This document shows, in pieces, positions 1 through 10,120 of a stretch of DNA of 64,000 bases. The number at the start of each line of letters is the position of its first letter. The first letter of the stretch is position 1. The notes beneath the pieces were generated by a model, which was given only the letters and a program-made list of their open reading frames with translations, was not told the origin of the DNA and made no database searches. Both the position numbers and the translations under genes were made by a program. Source of the DNA: Alphaproteobacteria bacterium (GTDB lineage Bacteria > Pseudomonadota > Alphaproteobacteria > MPNO01 > UBA830); the NCBI GenBank assembly GCA_965243135.1, contig OZ251539.1, positions 2,560,001 to 2,624,000 on the forward strand, in the 5' to 3' direction.

Positions 1-8
1 AAAAGCGC

Positions 9-1286
9 GTGATGCTCGTCGTCGTCGCCGACCGCCGCATTATGGGCGAGATCAGGCGCAGCCGGCAAGGGCGCCTCGCCTTCGTCTACGACGACCGATG
101 GAGGTCGTCGGACGGCGCCTATCCGCTGTCGCTCTCCATGCCGCTCGCCGTCGCGGAGCACGGACATGCAAGGATCGAACCCTGGCTGCAGGGCCTGCTC
201 CCCGACAACGATGCCGTGCTGTCGAGTTGGGGCCGACGGTTTCACGTATCGCCCCGCAACGCTTTCGCCCTGCTCGGCGCCGTCGGAGAGGACTGCGCCG
301 GCTCCGTGCAGTTGCTTCGGCCCGACCGCGTCGCGGCCGCCCTCGAAGACGAGGGCCAGCGGATAGACTGGTTGACCGAGGGCGAGGTCGCCGAGCGTTT
401 GAGGATCCTGAAAAACGATCAGGGCGCATGGTGGATATCGGACGACGCCGGGCGGTTCAGCCTCGCCGGCGCGCAAGCGAAAACGGCGCTCTTGTTCGAT
501 GGCCGCCGTTGGGGCGTGCCCGGCGGCCGGACGCCGACCACGCACATCCTGAAGCCCCCGATCGAAGCGGGACACGTGGAAAACGAGCACGTTTGCCTCG
601 CTCTCGCCAGCGCTCTCGGGCTGCCGGCAGCCGGGTCGGAGATCCGCCGGTTCGAAGACGAGACGGCGATCGTCGTGAAGCGGTACGACCGCCTTCCGAA
701 CTCGGGCGGCATTCGGCGGCTTCATCAGGAAGACATGTGCCAGGCCCTCGGTTTGCCGCCGACGAGCAAGTACCAGAGCGATGGCGGTCCCGGGTGCAAG
801 GAGATTTGCGAAACGATCTGGACTCATTCGGGAGTGCCGGAGGCCGATGTCCGAACCTTTGCGCGGGCTCAGATTCTGAACTGGATCGTCGGCGGCACGG
901 ACGGCCACGCAAAGAACTTTTCCTTGCTGATCGGCGCGGGCGGACGCGCGCGCCTCGCGCCGCTCTACGACGTGGCGAGCGCGTTGCCCTACGATTTCCA
1001 GCTGCAAAAACTCAAGATGGCGTTCAAGATCGGCGGCAAATACCGAATCGAGGAAATCCATTCCCGGCAATGGTCCAGGTTCGCCGACGAGGCGTCGCTT
1101 CCAACCGCCGAGGTGCTGGAACTGGGCAGAAGCATGGCCGAATCTCTGCCGGAATTTCTTCGGAAAATCGTCGACCGGACGCGCGCCGCCGGACACGACC
1201 ACCCGATCCTGAAGCGCATGGTGGACGCGCTGAGTTCGCGGGCCGAACGCTGCGCCAGCGTTCTCGCGACGACGTACGTTCCCTGA
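9..1286 (+). CDS. hipA: HipA-family Ser/Thr kinase toxin (type II TA)
   Basis: Motifs PLSLSMP, LLPDN, SLAGAQAK, THILKP, NEH, HQEDMCQALG, DGHAKNFS, LAPLYD; a hipB partner would lie upstream, outside the window. Confidence 0.92.
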   Translation: MMLVVVADRRIMGEIRRSRQGRLAFVYDDRWRSSDGAYPLSLSMPLAVAEHGHARIEPWLQGLLPDNDAVLSSWGRRFHVSPRNAFALLGAVGEDCAGSVQLLRPDRVAAALEDEGQRIDWLTEGEVAERLRILKNDQGAWWISDDAGRFSLAGAQAKTALLFDGRRWGVPGGRTPTTHILKPPIEAGHVENEHVCLALASALGLPAAGSEIRRFEDETAIVVKRYDRLPNSGGIRRLHQEDMCQALGLPPTSKYQSDGGPGCKEICETIWTHSGVPEADVRTFARAQILNWIVGGTDGHAKNFSLLIGAGGRARLAPLYDVASALPYDFQLQKLKMAFKIGGKYRIEEIHSRQWSRFADEASLPTAEVLELGRSMAESLPEFLRKIVDRTRAAGHDHPILKRMVDALSSRAERCASVLATTYVP

Positions 1287-1413
1287 AGCGTTCGCGCGGG
1301 CGCCGCGACTCTCCGCCCTGCCCGACGGCTCCCGCGGTTCGCCCGACGGGGCGAATCCGGCCGGGCGAACGAATCCGCATGCGATTCGCCGCCGAACGCG
1401 ATATGCATCTCCC

Positions 1414-1656
1414 ATGAAGGCGCGCATCCGCATCACCCTCAAGAACGGCGTCCTCGATCCCCAAGGCAAGGCGATCGGGAACGCGCTCGACGGCTTGGGC
1501 TTCCGGGGAATCGGAGAAGTGCGGCAAGGCAAGTACATCGAAATGGAACTGTCGCAGACCGACCCCGGCAAGGCGCGCGCCGCGGTCGCCGAAATGTGCG
1601 AGAAACTCCTCGCGAACGCGGTGGTCGAAGACTACGAAATCGATATCGGCGAATGA
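1414..1656 (+). CDS. purS: Phosphoribosylformylglycinamidine synthase subunit PurS
   Basis: [13 protein letters not shown]...VRQGKYIE...MCEKLLAN; first gene of purSQL. Confidence 0.97.
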   Translation: MKARIRITLKNGVLDPQGKAIGNALDGLGFRGIGEVRQGKYIEMELSQTDPGKARAAVAEMCEKLLANAVVEDYEIDIGE

Positions 1657-2339
1657 AGGCGGCGATCATCGTCTTTCCCGGCGCCAACTGCGACCGCGAC
1701 ATGCAGGTGGCGCTGCGCGCCTGCCTCGGCGTCGAACCGGTCATGCACTGGCACGCCGACCCCGAACTGCCTCGCGTCGACCTGATCGTGGCGCCGGGCG
1801 GCTTCTCCTACGGCGACTACCTGCGCCCGGGCGCCATGGCCGCCCGCTCGCCGGCGGTTCGCGAAACGATCCGGCGGGCGGAAGCCGGCGTGCCGGTTCT
1901 CGGCGTATGCAACGGCTTTCAGATCCTCGCCGAATGCCGGCTGCTGCCCGGCGTTCTGATGCGCAACGCGGGCCTCCGATTCGTCTGCCGCGAGGTGTCC
2001 CTGCGAGTCGAGACCGTCCGGTCGATCTTCACCGCGGGCTACCGGCCGGAACAGGTGGTCCGCATTCCCGTCGCCCACAACGAGGGAAACTACTACGCCG
2101 ACGAGAACACCCTCGACGCGCTCGAAGGAGACGGCCGGATCGCGTTCCGCTATTGCGACGAGACCGGAGCCGCCGCCGCGGCGGCGAACCCGAACGGCGC
2201 TTCCCGGAACATCGCCGGCATCCTCAACGAAGCCCGCAACGTGCTCGGCATGATGCCCCACCCGGAACGGCGGATCGATCCCGGACTCGGCGGCGCCGAC
2301 GCCCGTCCGATCTTCGAGGCGCTGGCGGCGGGCCGATGA
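1653..2339 (+). CDS. purQ: FGAM synthase glutaminase subunit PurQ
   Basis: ATGA overlap with purS; [32 protein letters not shown]. Confidence 0.97.
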   Translation: MKAAIIVFPGANCDRDMQVALRACLGVEPVMHWHADPELPRVDLIVAPGGFSYGDYLRPGAMAARSPAVRETIRRAEAGVPVLGVCNGFQILAECRLLPGVLMRNAGLRFVCREVSLRVETVRSIFTAGYRPEQVVRIPVAHNEGNYYADENTLDALEGDGRIAFRYCDETGAAAAAANPNGASRNIAGILNEARNVLGMMPHPERRIDPGLGGADARPIFEALAAGR

Positions 2340-4522
2340 ACGGGCCCGCCGTCGCCGCGGAGCACGGCCTGACCCCCGGGGAGTACGACCGCGTCATGCG
2401 GATCCTCGGCCGGGAGCCGAACCTGACCGAGCTCGGCGTCTTCTCCGTCATGTGGTCGGAACACTGCTCCTACAAATCGTCCCGAACCTGGCTGCGCAAG
2501 CTGCCGACGGACGCGCCGTGGGTCATCCAGGGGCCGGGCGAAAACGCCGGCGCGATCGACATCGGCGGCGGAAAGGCCTGCGTCTTCAAGATGGAAAGCC
2601 ACAACCACCCGTCGTTCATCGAACCTTTCCAGGGCGCCGCGACGGGCGTGGGCGGCATCATGCGCGACGTCTTCACCATGGGGGCGCGCCCGGTCGCGAA
2701 TCTGAACGCGCTGCGCTTCGGCGCGCCGGACCATCCGTCGACCCGGCATTTCGTCAACGGCGTCGTGGCCGGGATCGGCGGATACGGCAATTGCGTCGGC
2801 GTCCCGACGGTCGGCGGCGAGGTCGATTTCGACGCGGGCTACGACGGCAACATTCTGGTCAACGCGATGACCGTCGGCATCGCGGACGCCGACAGAATCT
2901 TCCGTTCCGCCGCCGAAGGAATCGGAAACGCGGTGGTCTACGCCGGATCGAGAACCGGCCGGGACGGCATCCACGGCGCGACCATGGCCTCCGCGGAATT
3001 CGACGGGAAATCGGCCGGGCGGCGGCCTACCGTCCAGGTCGGAGATCCGTTCGCGGAAAAGCTGCTCCTCGAAGCCTGCCTCGAACTCATGGCGATCGAC
3101 GCCGTCGTCGCCATCCAGGACATGGGCGCGGCCGGCCTCACGTCGTCCTCGGTCGAAATGTCGGCCAAGGGAGGCGTCGGCATCGAACTCGATCTCGACC
3201 GCGTGCCCCTGCGGGAAAAAGGGATGACGGCCTACGAGATCATGCTGTCCGAGAGTCAGGAACGGATGCTGATGGTGCTCAGGCCCGGCATGGAGGACGC
3301 CGCGCGCGCGATCTTCGAGAAGTGGGAACTGGAGTTCGCGGTCATCGGGCGGCTGACCGGGACCGGACGGCTGGCCGCGACGCAAGGCGGCGAGACGGTG
3401 TGCGACGTTCCGGTGGCCCCGCTGGTCGATCAGGCGCCGGTCTGCGACCGCCCCCTGACGGCTCCGCCGCCCGCTCCGCCTCTTGCGCCCGAAGCCGCGC
3501 TCTCGGGCATCGGCCACACGCCCGTCGAGGCTCTCATGGCGCTGATGTCCTCGCCCGACCTTTGCTCGCGCCGCTGGATATGGGAGCAGTACGACCACAT
3601 GGTGATGGGCGACACCGTGCAGGGGCCCGGAGGAGACGCGGCGGTGGTTCGCGTCCACGGAACCTGCCGGGGACTCGCGATCACGACCGATTGCACCCCC
3701 CGCTACTGCGCCGCCGACCCTGTGGAGGGCGGGCGGCAAGCGGTCGCCGAAGCGTGGCGCAATCTCACGGCGGCGGGGGCCGTTCCGCTCGCGGTCACCG
3801 ACAACCTGAACTTCGGCAATCCGGAGCGGCCGGAGATCATGGGGCAATTCGCGGGCTGCATCGAAGGCATGGCGGAAGCCTGCCGCGCGCTGGACTTCCC
3901 CGTCGTCTCTGGCAACGTTTCGTTCTACAACGAGACCGAAGGCCGGAGCATCCCGCCGACGCCCGTGATCGGCGGCGTCGGGCTGATCGCCGACGTCCGG
4001 ACCGGAATGGCGCGTCCCGCCCTGACGCGCGGCGGCGACGCGCTCGTGCTGATCGGCGACGCGTCGGGCCACCTCGGCCGCTCCATGCTGCTGCGCGTGC
4101 TGGCGGGCCGCGACGAAGGGGCGCCGCCGCCGGTGGACCTCGCGGCGGAACGCCGCAACGGCGACCTCGTTCGCCGCCTCGTCGCGGACGGCGCCGTCTC
4201 CGCGTGCCACGACGTCTCGGACGGCGGCCTTCTGGTCGCGGTCGCCGAAATGGCGCTGGCGGGCGGCGTCGGCGCCCGGCTCTTCGCCCCGGAGACGCGC
4301 CTCCCGGCGCTGGCCTGGTTTTACGGCGAAGACCAGGCCCGGTACGTGCTCGCCGCCGCCGATTCCCGCCCGGTTCTCGCTGCGGCGGCGGACGCGGGCG
4401 CGCCCGCGGCCGTCGTCGGCGAGACGGGAGGGGCGGAGTTGACCGTCGGAGACGGCGCCTCTATATCTTTGCAGGCTCTGCGGGACGCGCACGAGCGCTG
4501 GTTTCCCGACCGCATGGACTGA
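2336..4522 (+). CDS. purL: FGAM synthase subunit PurL
   Basis: ATGA overlap with purQ; [33 protein letters not shown]. Confidence 0.97.
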   Translation: MNGPAVAAEHGLTPGEYDRVMRILGREPNLTELGVFSVMWSEHCSYKSSRTWLRKLPTDAPWVIQGPGENAGAIDIGGGKACVFKMESHNHPSFIEPFQGAATGVGGIMRDVFTMGARPVANLNALRFGAPDHPSTRHFVNGVVAGIGGYGNCVGVPTVGGEVDFDAGYDGNILVNAMTVGIADADRIFRSAAEGIGNAVVYAGSRTGRDGIHGATMASAEFDGKSAGRRPTVQVGDPFAEKLLLEACLELMAIDAVVAIQDMGAAGLTSSSVEMSAKGGVGIELDLDRVPLREKGMTAYEIMLSESQERMLMVLRPGMEDAARAIFEKWELEFAVIGRLTGTGRLAATQGGETVCDVPVAPLVDQAPVCDRPLTAPPPAPPLAPEAALSGIGHTPVEALMALMSSPDLCSRRWIWEQYDHMVMGDTVQGPGGDAAVVRVHGTCRGLAITTDCTPRYCAADPVEGGRQAVAEAWRNLTAAGAVPLAVTDNLNFGNPERPEIMGQFAGCIEGMAEACRALDFPVVSGNVSFYNETEGRSIPPTPVIGGVGLIADVRTGMARPALTRGGDALVLIGDASGHLGRSMLLRVLAGRDEGAPPPVDLAAERRNGDLVRRLVADGAVSACHDVSDGGLLVAVAEMALAGGVGARLFAPETRLPALAWFYGEDQARYVLAAADSRPVLAAAADAGAPAAVVGETGGAELTVGDGASISLQALRDAHERWFPDRMD

Positions 4523-4553
4523 GGCCGGCGCGACGCGAGAAGGGAGGGAAACC

Positions 4554-4796
4554 ATGCCTATGGACGCCACGCAGATCGAGGTTCTGATCAGGCAAAGCCT
4601 TCCCGACGCGCAAGTGACGATCAAGGATCTCAGAGGAGACGGCGACCATTACGCCGCGCGGGTCGTCTCCAGCGCTTTCGCGGGAAAGACCCGCGTCCAG
4701 CAACACCAGATGGTGTACGAGGCGCTGCAGGGACGCATGGGCGGAGAACTGCACGCGCTGGCGCTCCAGACCGACGTTCCGCGGAAAGGCGAATGA
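4554..4796 (+). CDS. bolA: BolA-family protein
   Basis: GDGDHY, RVQQHQMVY, LHALAL; SD GGGAGG upstream. Confidence 0.93.
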   Translation: MPMDATQIEVLIRQSLPDAQVTIKDLRGDGDHYAARVVSSAFAGKTRVQQHQMVYEALQGRMGGELHALALQTDVPRKGE

Positions 4797-5155
4797 CAAC
4801 ACAGGAGGAACTTATGGACCGGGTATCCAAACGCATCAAAACGGAAATCGACGAGACGCCGGTGGTCCTCTTCATGAAGGGCACCCCGGTGTTCCCGCAG
4901 TGCGGCTTTTCGTCCGTCTGCGTGCAGGTCCTGAGCAATCTCGGCATACCGTTCAAGGGAATCAACGTCCTCGAGGATCCGGAAATCCGCGAGGGCATCA
5001 AGACCTTTTCCAACTGGCCGACGATTCCGCAACTCTACGTCAAGGGCGAATTCCTCGGCGGCTGCGACATCGTGCGGGAGATGTACGAGTCCGGCGAGTT
5101 GATCGAATACTTCAACACCAACGGCATCGAGGTGCAGCTCGCGAATCCGCAATAA
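4793..5155 (+). CDS. grxD: Monothiol glutaredoxin Grx4
   Basis: LFMKG, PQCGFS, WPTIPQLY, GGCDI. Confidence 0.96.
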   Translation: MTTQEELMDRVSKRIKTEIDETPVVLFMKGTPVFPQCGFSSVCVQVLSNLGIPFKGINVLEDPEIREGIKTFSNWPTIPQLYVKGEFLGGCDIVREMYESGELIEYFNTNGIEVQLANPQ

Positions 5156-6422
5156 CCCGCGCGCGGCGGCGGCGCTGGTCGCCGTCCTGCTTCTTTCCGG
5201 CTGCGAACGCCCGACGAATTTTTCGCAGTTTCCCGGTTTCGCGGACTACTTCGTTCGAAACCCGCCGAAGACGGAGCCGCCCCCGGAGGCGGACCGGGCG
5301 CTGCTCCGGAAGCACCGGCCGCGCATCTTCGTCGCGGAAGGCGCCGTGCGCCCGATCCGGTTCTACGAGGACTACGTCGCGCGGGGCCGCCTGACGGACG
5401 GACGGGGCCGGTCGATATCCGAAAGCGTCACCCCGGAGATCCTCAACGCGCACAAGGAAGATCCGCGGGCGACGTTCGAGCACTGGCCTGCCGGCGACCC
5501 CGGGCGGGCGGCGCTGTACGGACGCGTCGACCGCGAACGCTTCGCGCTGGGAGGCCGCGAACGCGAGTTCACCTTTCTCACCTGGAACGCGGTGTTCCGC
5601 GTCTCGGGAATCGGCGCCGGCATCGACTGGTGGAAGGGGACGCTGCTCGGCCTCGCCGGCGACCTCGACGACTGGCATCAACTCGACCACTACACGGCGG
5701 TCACGCTGGCGCTGGACGAAACGGGCGATCCCGTCGCGGTTTCCTTCCAGCAGCACAACTACCGCCAGACGCGCGTTTTCGGCCACGACATCGACCGGCC
5801 TGCGGACGGCCGGGTCGCGGTGGACGTGGCGCTGCGCTCGAACGAATTCTATCCGCACAGCCCGGAGCGGCGGCGGCGGCGCGCCGTCGGCTTCCTCTCC
5901 CCCGCCAACGTCGACTACCTCGTGACCGGCAGGAACCCGCCCTTCCGCGCCGCGGACGACATCACCGATCCCGCGACCGAGATCGAATACGACCTCCTCT
6001 TCCTGGCGCCGTCCGACGCCTTCTACACCTTCAAGGGGTTTCTGGGCGAAAAGCGCCTTCTGCCGGGACGGTCGGGACCGCCCGGGGCGGACTACAACAC
6101 CCTCCCGGATCTCAAGCCGATGCATCGTCAGATGATCGCGTTTCACTGGTACGAAAACGACCCGGATTACGCGAACTGGTTCAGGGAAGGCCCGGCCGGC
6201 CTGACGAAACTGCGGCAACGTTTCGCCGAGGCGCTCGCAGCCGGGGCGACCGGGACGCGAAGGAAGGAACGCAGGCGAACCGCCGAACGCCGCCGGGCGA
6301 CCGGGGGTCCCGGACCTTCGCGGCGCCGGCGTCCCCGGCGCGTGCGTCCCCGCGTTCCATCGAACGGGAATGAGGCGTATAATCCGCCGCGCTTCAAGGC
6401 ATGCAAGGAAAGAGATCCATGA
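5145..6422 (+). CDS. Hypothetical protein, probable lipoprotein (start uncertain: ATC 5145 or GTG 5346)
   Basis: Reading frame is open from 5103 and contains a signal peptide and lipobox (RNNPRAAAALVAVLLLSG-C) upstream of the called GTG. Confidence 0.6.
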   Translation: MRNNPRAAAALVAVLLLSGCERPTNFSQFPGFADYFVRNPPKTEPPPEADRALLRKHRPRIFVAEGAVRPIRFYEDYVARGRLTDGRGRSISESVTPEILNAHKEDPRATFEHWPAGDPGRAALYGRVDRERFALGGREREFTFLTWNAVFRVSGIGAGIDWWKGTLLGLAGDLDDWHQLDHYTAVTLALDETGDPVAVSFQQHNYRQTRVFGHDIDRPADGRVAVDVALRSNEFYPHSPERRRRRAVGFLSPANVDYLVTGRNPPFRAADDITDPATEIEYDLLFLAPSDAFYTFKGFLGEKRLLPGRSGPPGADYNTLPDLKPMHRQMIAFHWYENDPDYANWFREGPAGLTKLRQRFAEALAAGATGTRRKERRRTAERRRATGGPGPSRRRRPRRVRPRVPSNGNEAYNPPRFKACKERDP

Positions 6423-6877
6423 AGGTCGGCGACCGGGTTCCCGACTTCGCGCTCCCCTCGGACGACGGCGCGGAGGTCAGTCTCTCCAGCCTGCGCGGCA
6501 GCAAGGTCGTGCTCTACTTCTATCCGAAGGACGACACCCCCGGCTGCACCAGGGAAGCCTGCGGCTTCCGCGACGCGTTCCCGGACTTCTCGGAAATCGA
6601 CGCGAAGATCGTCGGCGTATCGAAAGACAGCGTCGCCAGGCACCGGAAATTCAAGGCCAAGAACGACCTTCCTTTCGCGCTGCTGTCCGACGAGGGCGGA
6701 GAGGTCTGCGAGGCCTTCGGCGCGTGGACCGAAAAATCCATGTACGGACGCAAGTTCATGGGAATCGAACGCTCCACCTTCCTGATCGACGAAACCGGCA
6801 CGCTGCGGGCGGAATGGCGCAAGGTGAGGGTGCCGGGTCACGTGGAGAAGGTGATCGCGGCCGCGCGCGAGCTCTGA
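6419..6877 (+). CDS. bcp: Bcp/PrxQ peroxiredoxin
   Basis: LYFYPKDDTPGCTREAC, GIERSTFLID. Confidence 0.95.
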   Translation: MKVGDRVPDFALPSDDGAEVSLSSLRGSKVVLYFYPKDDTPGCTREACGFRDAFPDFSEIDAKIVGVSKDSVARHRKFKAKNDLPFALLSDEGGEVCEAFGAWTEKSMYGRKFMGIERSTFLIDETGTLRAEWRKVRVPGHVEKVIAAAREL

Positions 6878-6952
6878 CGCGCGCCCGGACCGGGCCTTTT
6901 CGCCGGCCCCGGCGCGTCCGGCGGCGACACGCAACGAAGGACGAGTGCAACC

Positions 6953-9900
6953 ATGTCTGAACAGGGCTCGAAGGAGCGCCTCAACGAGTTTCCGCAACTG
7001 TCCGCGCGGATGCCGGAAATCGACCGGGAAATCGTCGATTACTGGAAGAAGGACGGCACGTTCGAGGCGTCCGTGCGGCAGCGTCCGAGGGACCGCGAGT
7101 ACGTCTTCTACGACGGGCCGCCCTTCGCCAACGGGCTGCCCCATTACGGGCACCTGCTGACGGGCTTCGTCAAGGACGTCATTCCGCGCTTCCAGACGAT
7201 GGCGAACCGGCGCGTCGAGCGGCGGTTCGGCTGGGACACGCACGGCTTGCCGGCGGAGCTCGCCGCCGAGGAGGCGGTCGGGATCTCCGGACGCAAGGCG
7301 ATCGTCGAGTTCGGCGTCGGCCGGTTCAACGAAGCGTGCCGCGAGTCGGTCCTGAAGTTCACCGGCGAGTGGGAGGAATACGTCACGCGGCAGGCGCGCT
7401 GGGTGGATTTCGAGGATTCCTACAAGACGCTGGACCGCGACTACATGGAGAGTTGCCTGTGGGCGTTCAAGCAGCTCCACGACCGGGGCTTCGTCTACAA
7501 GGACTACCGCGTCGTTCCCTATAGCTGGGCGGTGCAGTCGCCGCTCTCGAACTTCGAGACGCGGCTCGACGATTCGTACCGGACCAGGACGGATCCGGCC
7601 GTCACGGTCGCGTTGCGCCGCGAAGGCGGCGGGGCGGAAGAATTCCTCCTCGTCTGGACGACGACGCCATGGACCCTGCCGTCCAATCTCGCCGTCGCGG
7701 TCGGGCCGGACATCGACTACGCGATCATGGAGACGGACGGGCGGCGCTACGTCCTCTCGGCGAACGCGTTGCCGAGATACGAAAAGCAGTTCGAAGGGGC
7801 GGCGCAAGTCGGCGCGATCAAGGGCGCCGAGCTCGTCGGATCGGCCTACGACCCGCCGTTCGCGTACTTCGGGGAGACCGAAAACGCTTTCCGCGTCCTC
7901 GCCGCGGACTTCGTCGAGGACGAGGAAGGCACGGGCCTCGTCCACATGGCGCCCGGCTTCGGGGAGGACGACCTCCTGACCTGCAGGGCCGCGGGCATCG
8001 GCGTGGTGGTGCCGGTCGACGAGGCCGGCAGGTTCACCGACCCGGTGACCGACTACGAGGGCATGCAGGTGTTCGAGGCCAACGAGCCCATCATCCGCAG
8101 GCTCAAGGAAAGCGGCCTGCTTTTTCGCCGCGACACCGTCGATCACAACTATCCCCATTGCTGGCGAACGGACGAGCCGCTGATCTACAGGGCGGTGGAA
8201 AGCTGGTATCTGAAGGTCAGCGCGTTCAGGGACCGGATGACGGCCCACAATCGGAAGATAAACTGGATCCCGGGCCACGTGCGGGACGGCCTTTTCGGAA
8301 ACTGGCTGGAGAACGCCGCCGACTGGAACATCAGCCGCAGCCGATTCTGGGGCACGCCCATCCCGGTATGGGCGAGCGACGATCCGGAGCGCCCGCGAGT
8401 CGACGTCTACGGCTCCATCGCCGAGCTCGAACGGGATTTCGGCGTCGAGGTCCGGGACCTGCACCGTCCGTTCATCGATTCGCTGACGCGCCCCAATCCC
8501 GACGACCCGACGGGCCGCTCGACGATGCGCCGCGTCGAGGACGTGTTCGACTGCTGGTTCGAATCCGGCGCGATGCCGTTCGCCTCGATCCACTACCCGT
8601 TCGAAAACAAGGAGTGGTTCGAGACCCATTTTCCGGCGGACTTCATCGTCGAGTACGTCGCCCAGACGCGGGGATGGTTCTACACGCTCATGGTGCTGGG
8701 AACGATGCTGTTCGACTCCCCGCCGTTCACCAACGCCATCTGCCACGGCGTCGTGCTGGACGAAAACCGCCAGAAGCTCTCGAAACGGCTGCGCAACTAT
8801 CCCGATCCCCTCGAGTTCTTCGACGAGTACGGGGCGGACACGATGCGCTGGTTCCTCGTCTCGTCGCCGGTGCTGACCGGCGGCGACATCGTCATCCCGC
8901 GCGAGGCGCGCGCGATCGCGCAGGTCCAGCGCGAGGCGATCTCTCCCCTGCTCAACGCCTATTCCTTCTTCGCGTTGTACGCCAATCTCGAAAGCCTCGA
9001 GCCCGCCGCGATCTCCGACGCGGGCGACGCGATGGACCGCTACATCCTCGTCAAGCTGGGAGTTCTCGCGAAAGACGCGCATTCCGCGCTGTCGCGGTAC
9101 GATATCCCCGAGGCCTGCCGGGCCGCCGCGACCTTCATGGACATCCTGACCAACTGGTACATCCGGAGAAGCCGCAACCGGTTCTGGGAAGAGGATTACT
9201 CGAAGTCGAAGCACGACGCGTTCAACGTCCTCTACACCGTTCTCGTAAGGTGTTGCGAGATTCTCTCGCCCCTGCTGCCGATCCTCGCGGAGAAGCTCTA
9301 TCGCGGACTGACCGGCGCGCGGTCGGTGCATCTCGCCGACTGGCCGGACGCGCGGTCGTTCCCGGACGACGGCGCGCTCGCGCACGAGATGGACCTCGTC
9401 CGCGGAGCCTGCTCGGCGGGCCTCGGCGTCAGGGACCGCTTCCGCCTGCGCGTGAGGCTGCCGCTGAAGCGCGCGGTCGTCGCGCATCCGGACGCCCCCG
9501 CCCTCAAGAAGTACGCCGCGACCGTCCGCGACGAGCTGAACGTCAGACAAGTGGAATTCTCCGACGACCTCGCCGCCTTCGGCAAGCGTCAGATCAAGGT
9601 CGATCCCCGGATCGGCAAGCGCCTCGGGCACAAGATGAAGGAGGTGCTCGCGGCCGCCCGAAAAGGCGAGCACGAGCTGCTGGAAGACGGCCGGGCCCTC
9701 GTCGCCGGCGAGACGCTCGACCGGAACGAGTTCGAGATGCGGCTGATCTGCGACGACGGCGGCGAGGCGGAATCCTTCGGCGGGACCGGGGCCGTCGTCC
9801 TCGACATCTCGGTCGACGAGGAGCAGAAGCGGGAAGGCACGGCGCGCGATCTGGTCAGGGTCGTCCAGAACGCCCGCAAGGACGCCGGCCTGCACGTTTC

Positions 9901-10093
9901 GGACCGGATCGCGCTCGGGGTCGACGGCTCGCCCGCCGTCGTCGAGGCGGCGAAACGCCACGCGGCGCTGATCGCCTCCCAGACGCTCGCCCTCGATCTC
10001 GAATTCGGCGTCGGCGACGGCGCCGTGAGCGAGCACGAGATGCGGGGCGAGAAATTCAGGCTGTCGATCAGGAAAGCGGAACGGCAGGCCTGA
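6953..10093 (+). CDS. ileS: Isoleucine--tRNA ligase, type 2
   Basis: DGPPFANGLPHYGH, GWDTHGLP, WTTTPWTLPSN, WNISRSRFWG, KLSKR; 1046 aa with type-2 C-terminus (EGTARDLVRVVQNARK) and no C-terminal Zn finger. Confidence 0.96.
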   Translation: MSEQGSKERLNEFPQLSARMPEIDREIVDYWKKDGTFEASVRQRPRDREYVFYDGPPFANGLPHYGHLLTGFVKDVIPRFQTMANRRVERRFGWDTHGLPAELAAEEAVGISGRKAIVEFGVGRFNEACRESVLKFTGEWEEYVTRQARWVDFEDSYKTLDRDYMESCLWAFKQLHDRGFVYKDYRVVPYSWAVQSPLSNFETRLDDSYRTRTDPAVTVALRREGGGAEEFLLVWTTTPWTLPSNLAVAVGPDIDYAIMETDGRRYVLSANALPRYEKQFEGAAQVGAIKGAELVGSAYDPPFAYFGETENAFRVLAADFVEDEEGTGLVHMAPGFGEDDLLTCRAAGIGVVVPVDEAGRFTDPVTDYEGMQVFEANEPIIRRLKESGLLFRRDTVDHNYPHCWRTDEPLIYRAVESWYLKVSAFRDRMTAHNRKINWIPGHVRDGLFGNWLENAADWNISRSRFWGTPIPVWASDDPERPRVDVYGSIAELERDFGVEVRDLHRPFIDSLTRPNPDDPTGRSTMRRVEDVFDCWFESGAMPFASIHYPFENKEWFETHFPADFIVEYVAQTRGWFYTLMVLGTMLFDSPPFTNAICHGVVLDENRQKLSKRLRNYPDPLEFFDEYGADTMRWFLVSSPVLTGGDIVIPREARAIAQVQREAISPLLNAYSFFALYANLESLEPAAISDAGDAMDRYILVKLGVLAKDAHSALSRYDIPEACRAAATFMDILTNWYIRRSRNRFWEEDYSKSKHDAFNVLYTVLVRCCEILSPLLPILAEKLYRGLTGARSVHLADWPDARSFPDDGALAHEMDLVRGACSAGLGVRDRFRLRVRLPLKRAVVAHPDAPALKKYAATVRDELNVRQVEFSDDLAAFGKRQIKVDPRIGKRLGHKMKEVLAAARKGEHELLEDGRALVAGETLDRNEFEMRLICDDGGEAESFGGTGAVVLDISVDEEQKREGTARDLVRVVQNARKDAGLHVSDRIALGVDGSPAVVEAAKRHAALIASQTLALDLEFGVGDGAVSEHEMRGEKFRLSIRKAERQA

Positions 10094-10120
10094 AACGCTC
10101 GCCGGACCGCTCGCCGCGGC

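Noticed and set aside
2150-10036. Very long antisense or alternate-frame ORFs (e.g. 2150-4624, 6167-10036, and many similar across the window)
   Set aside because: Shadows of real genes in high-GC DNA; no recognisable motifs
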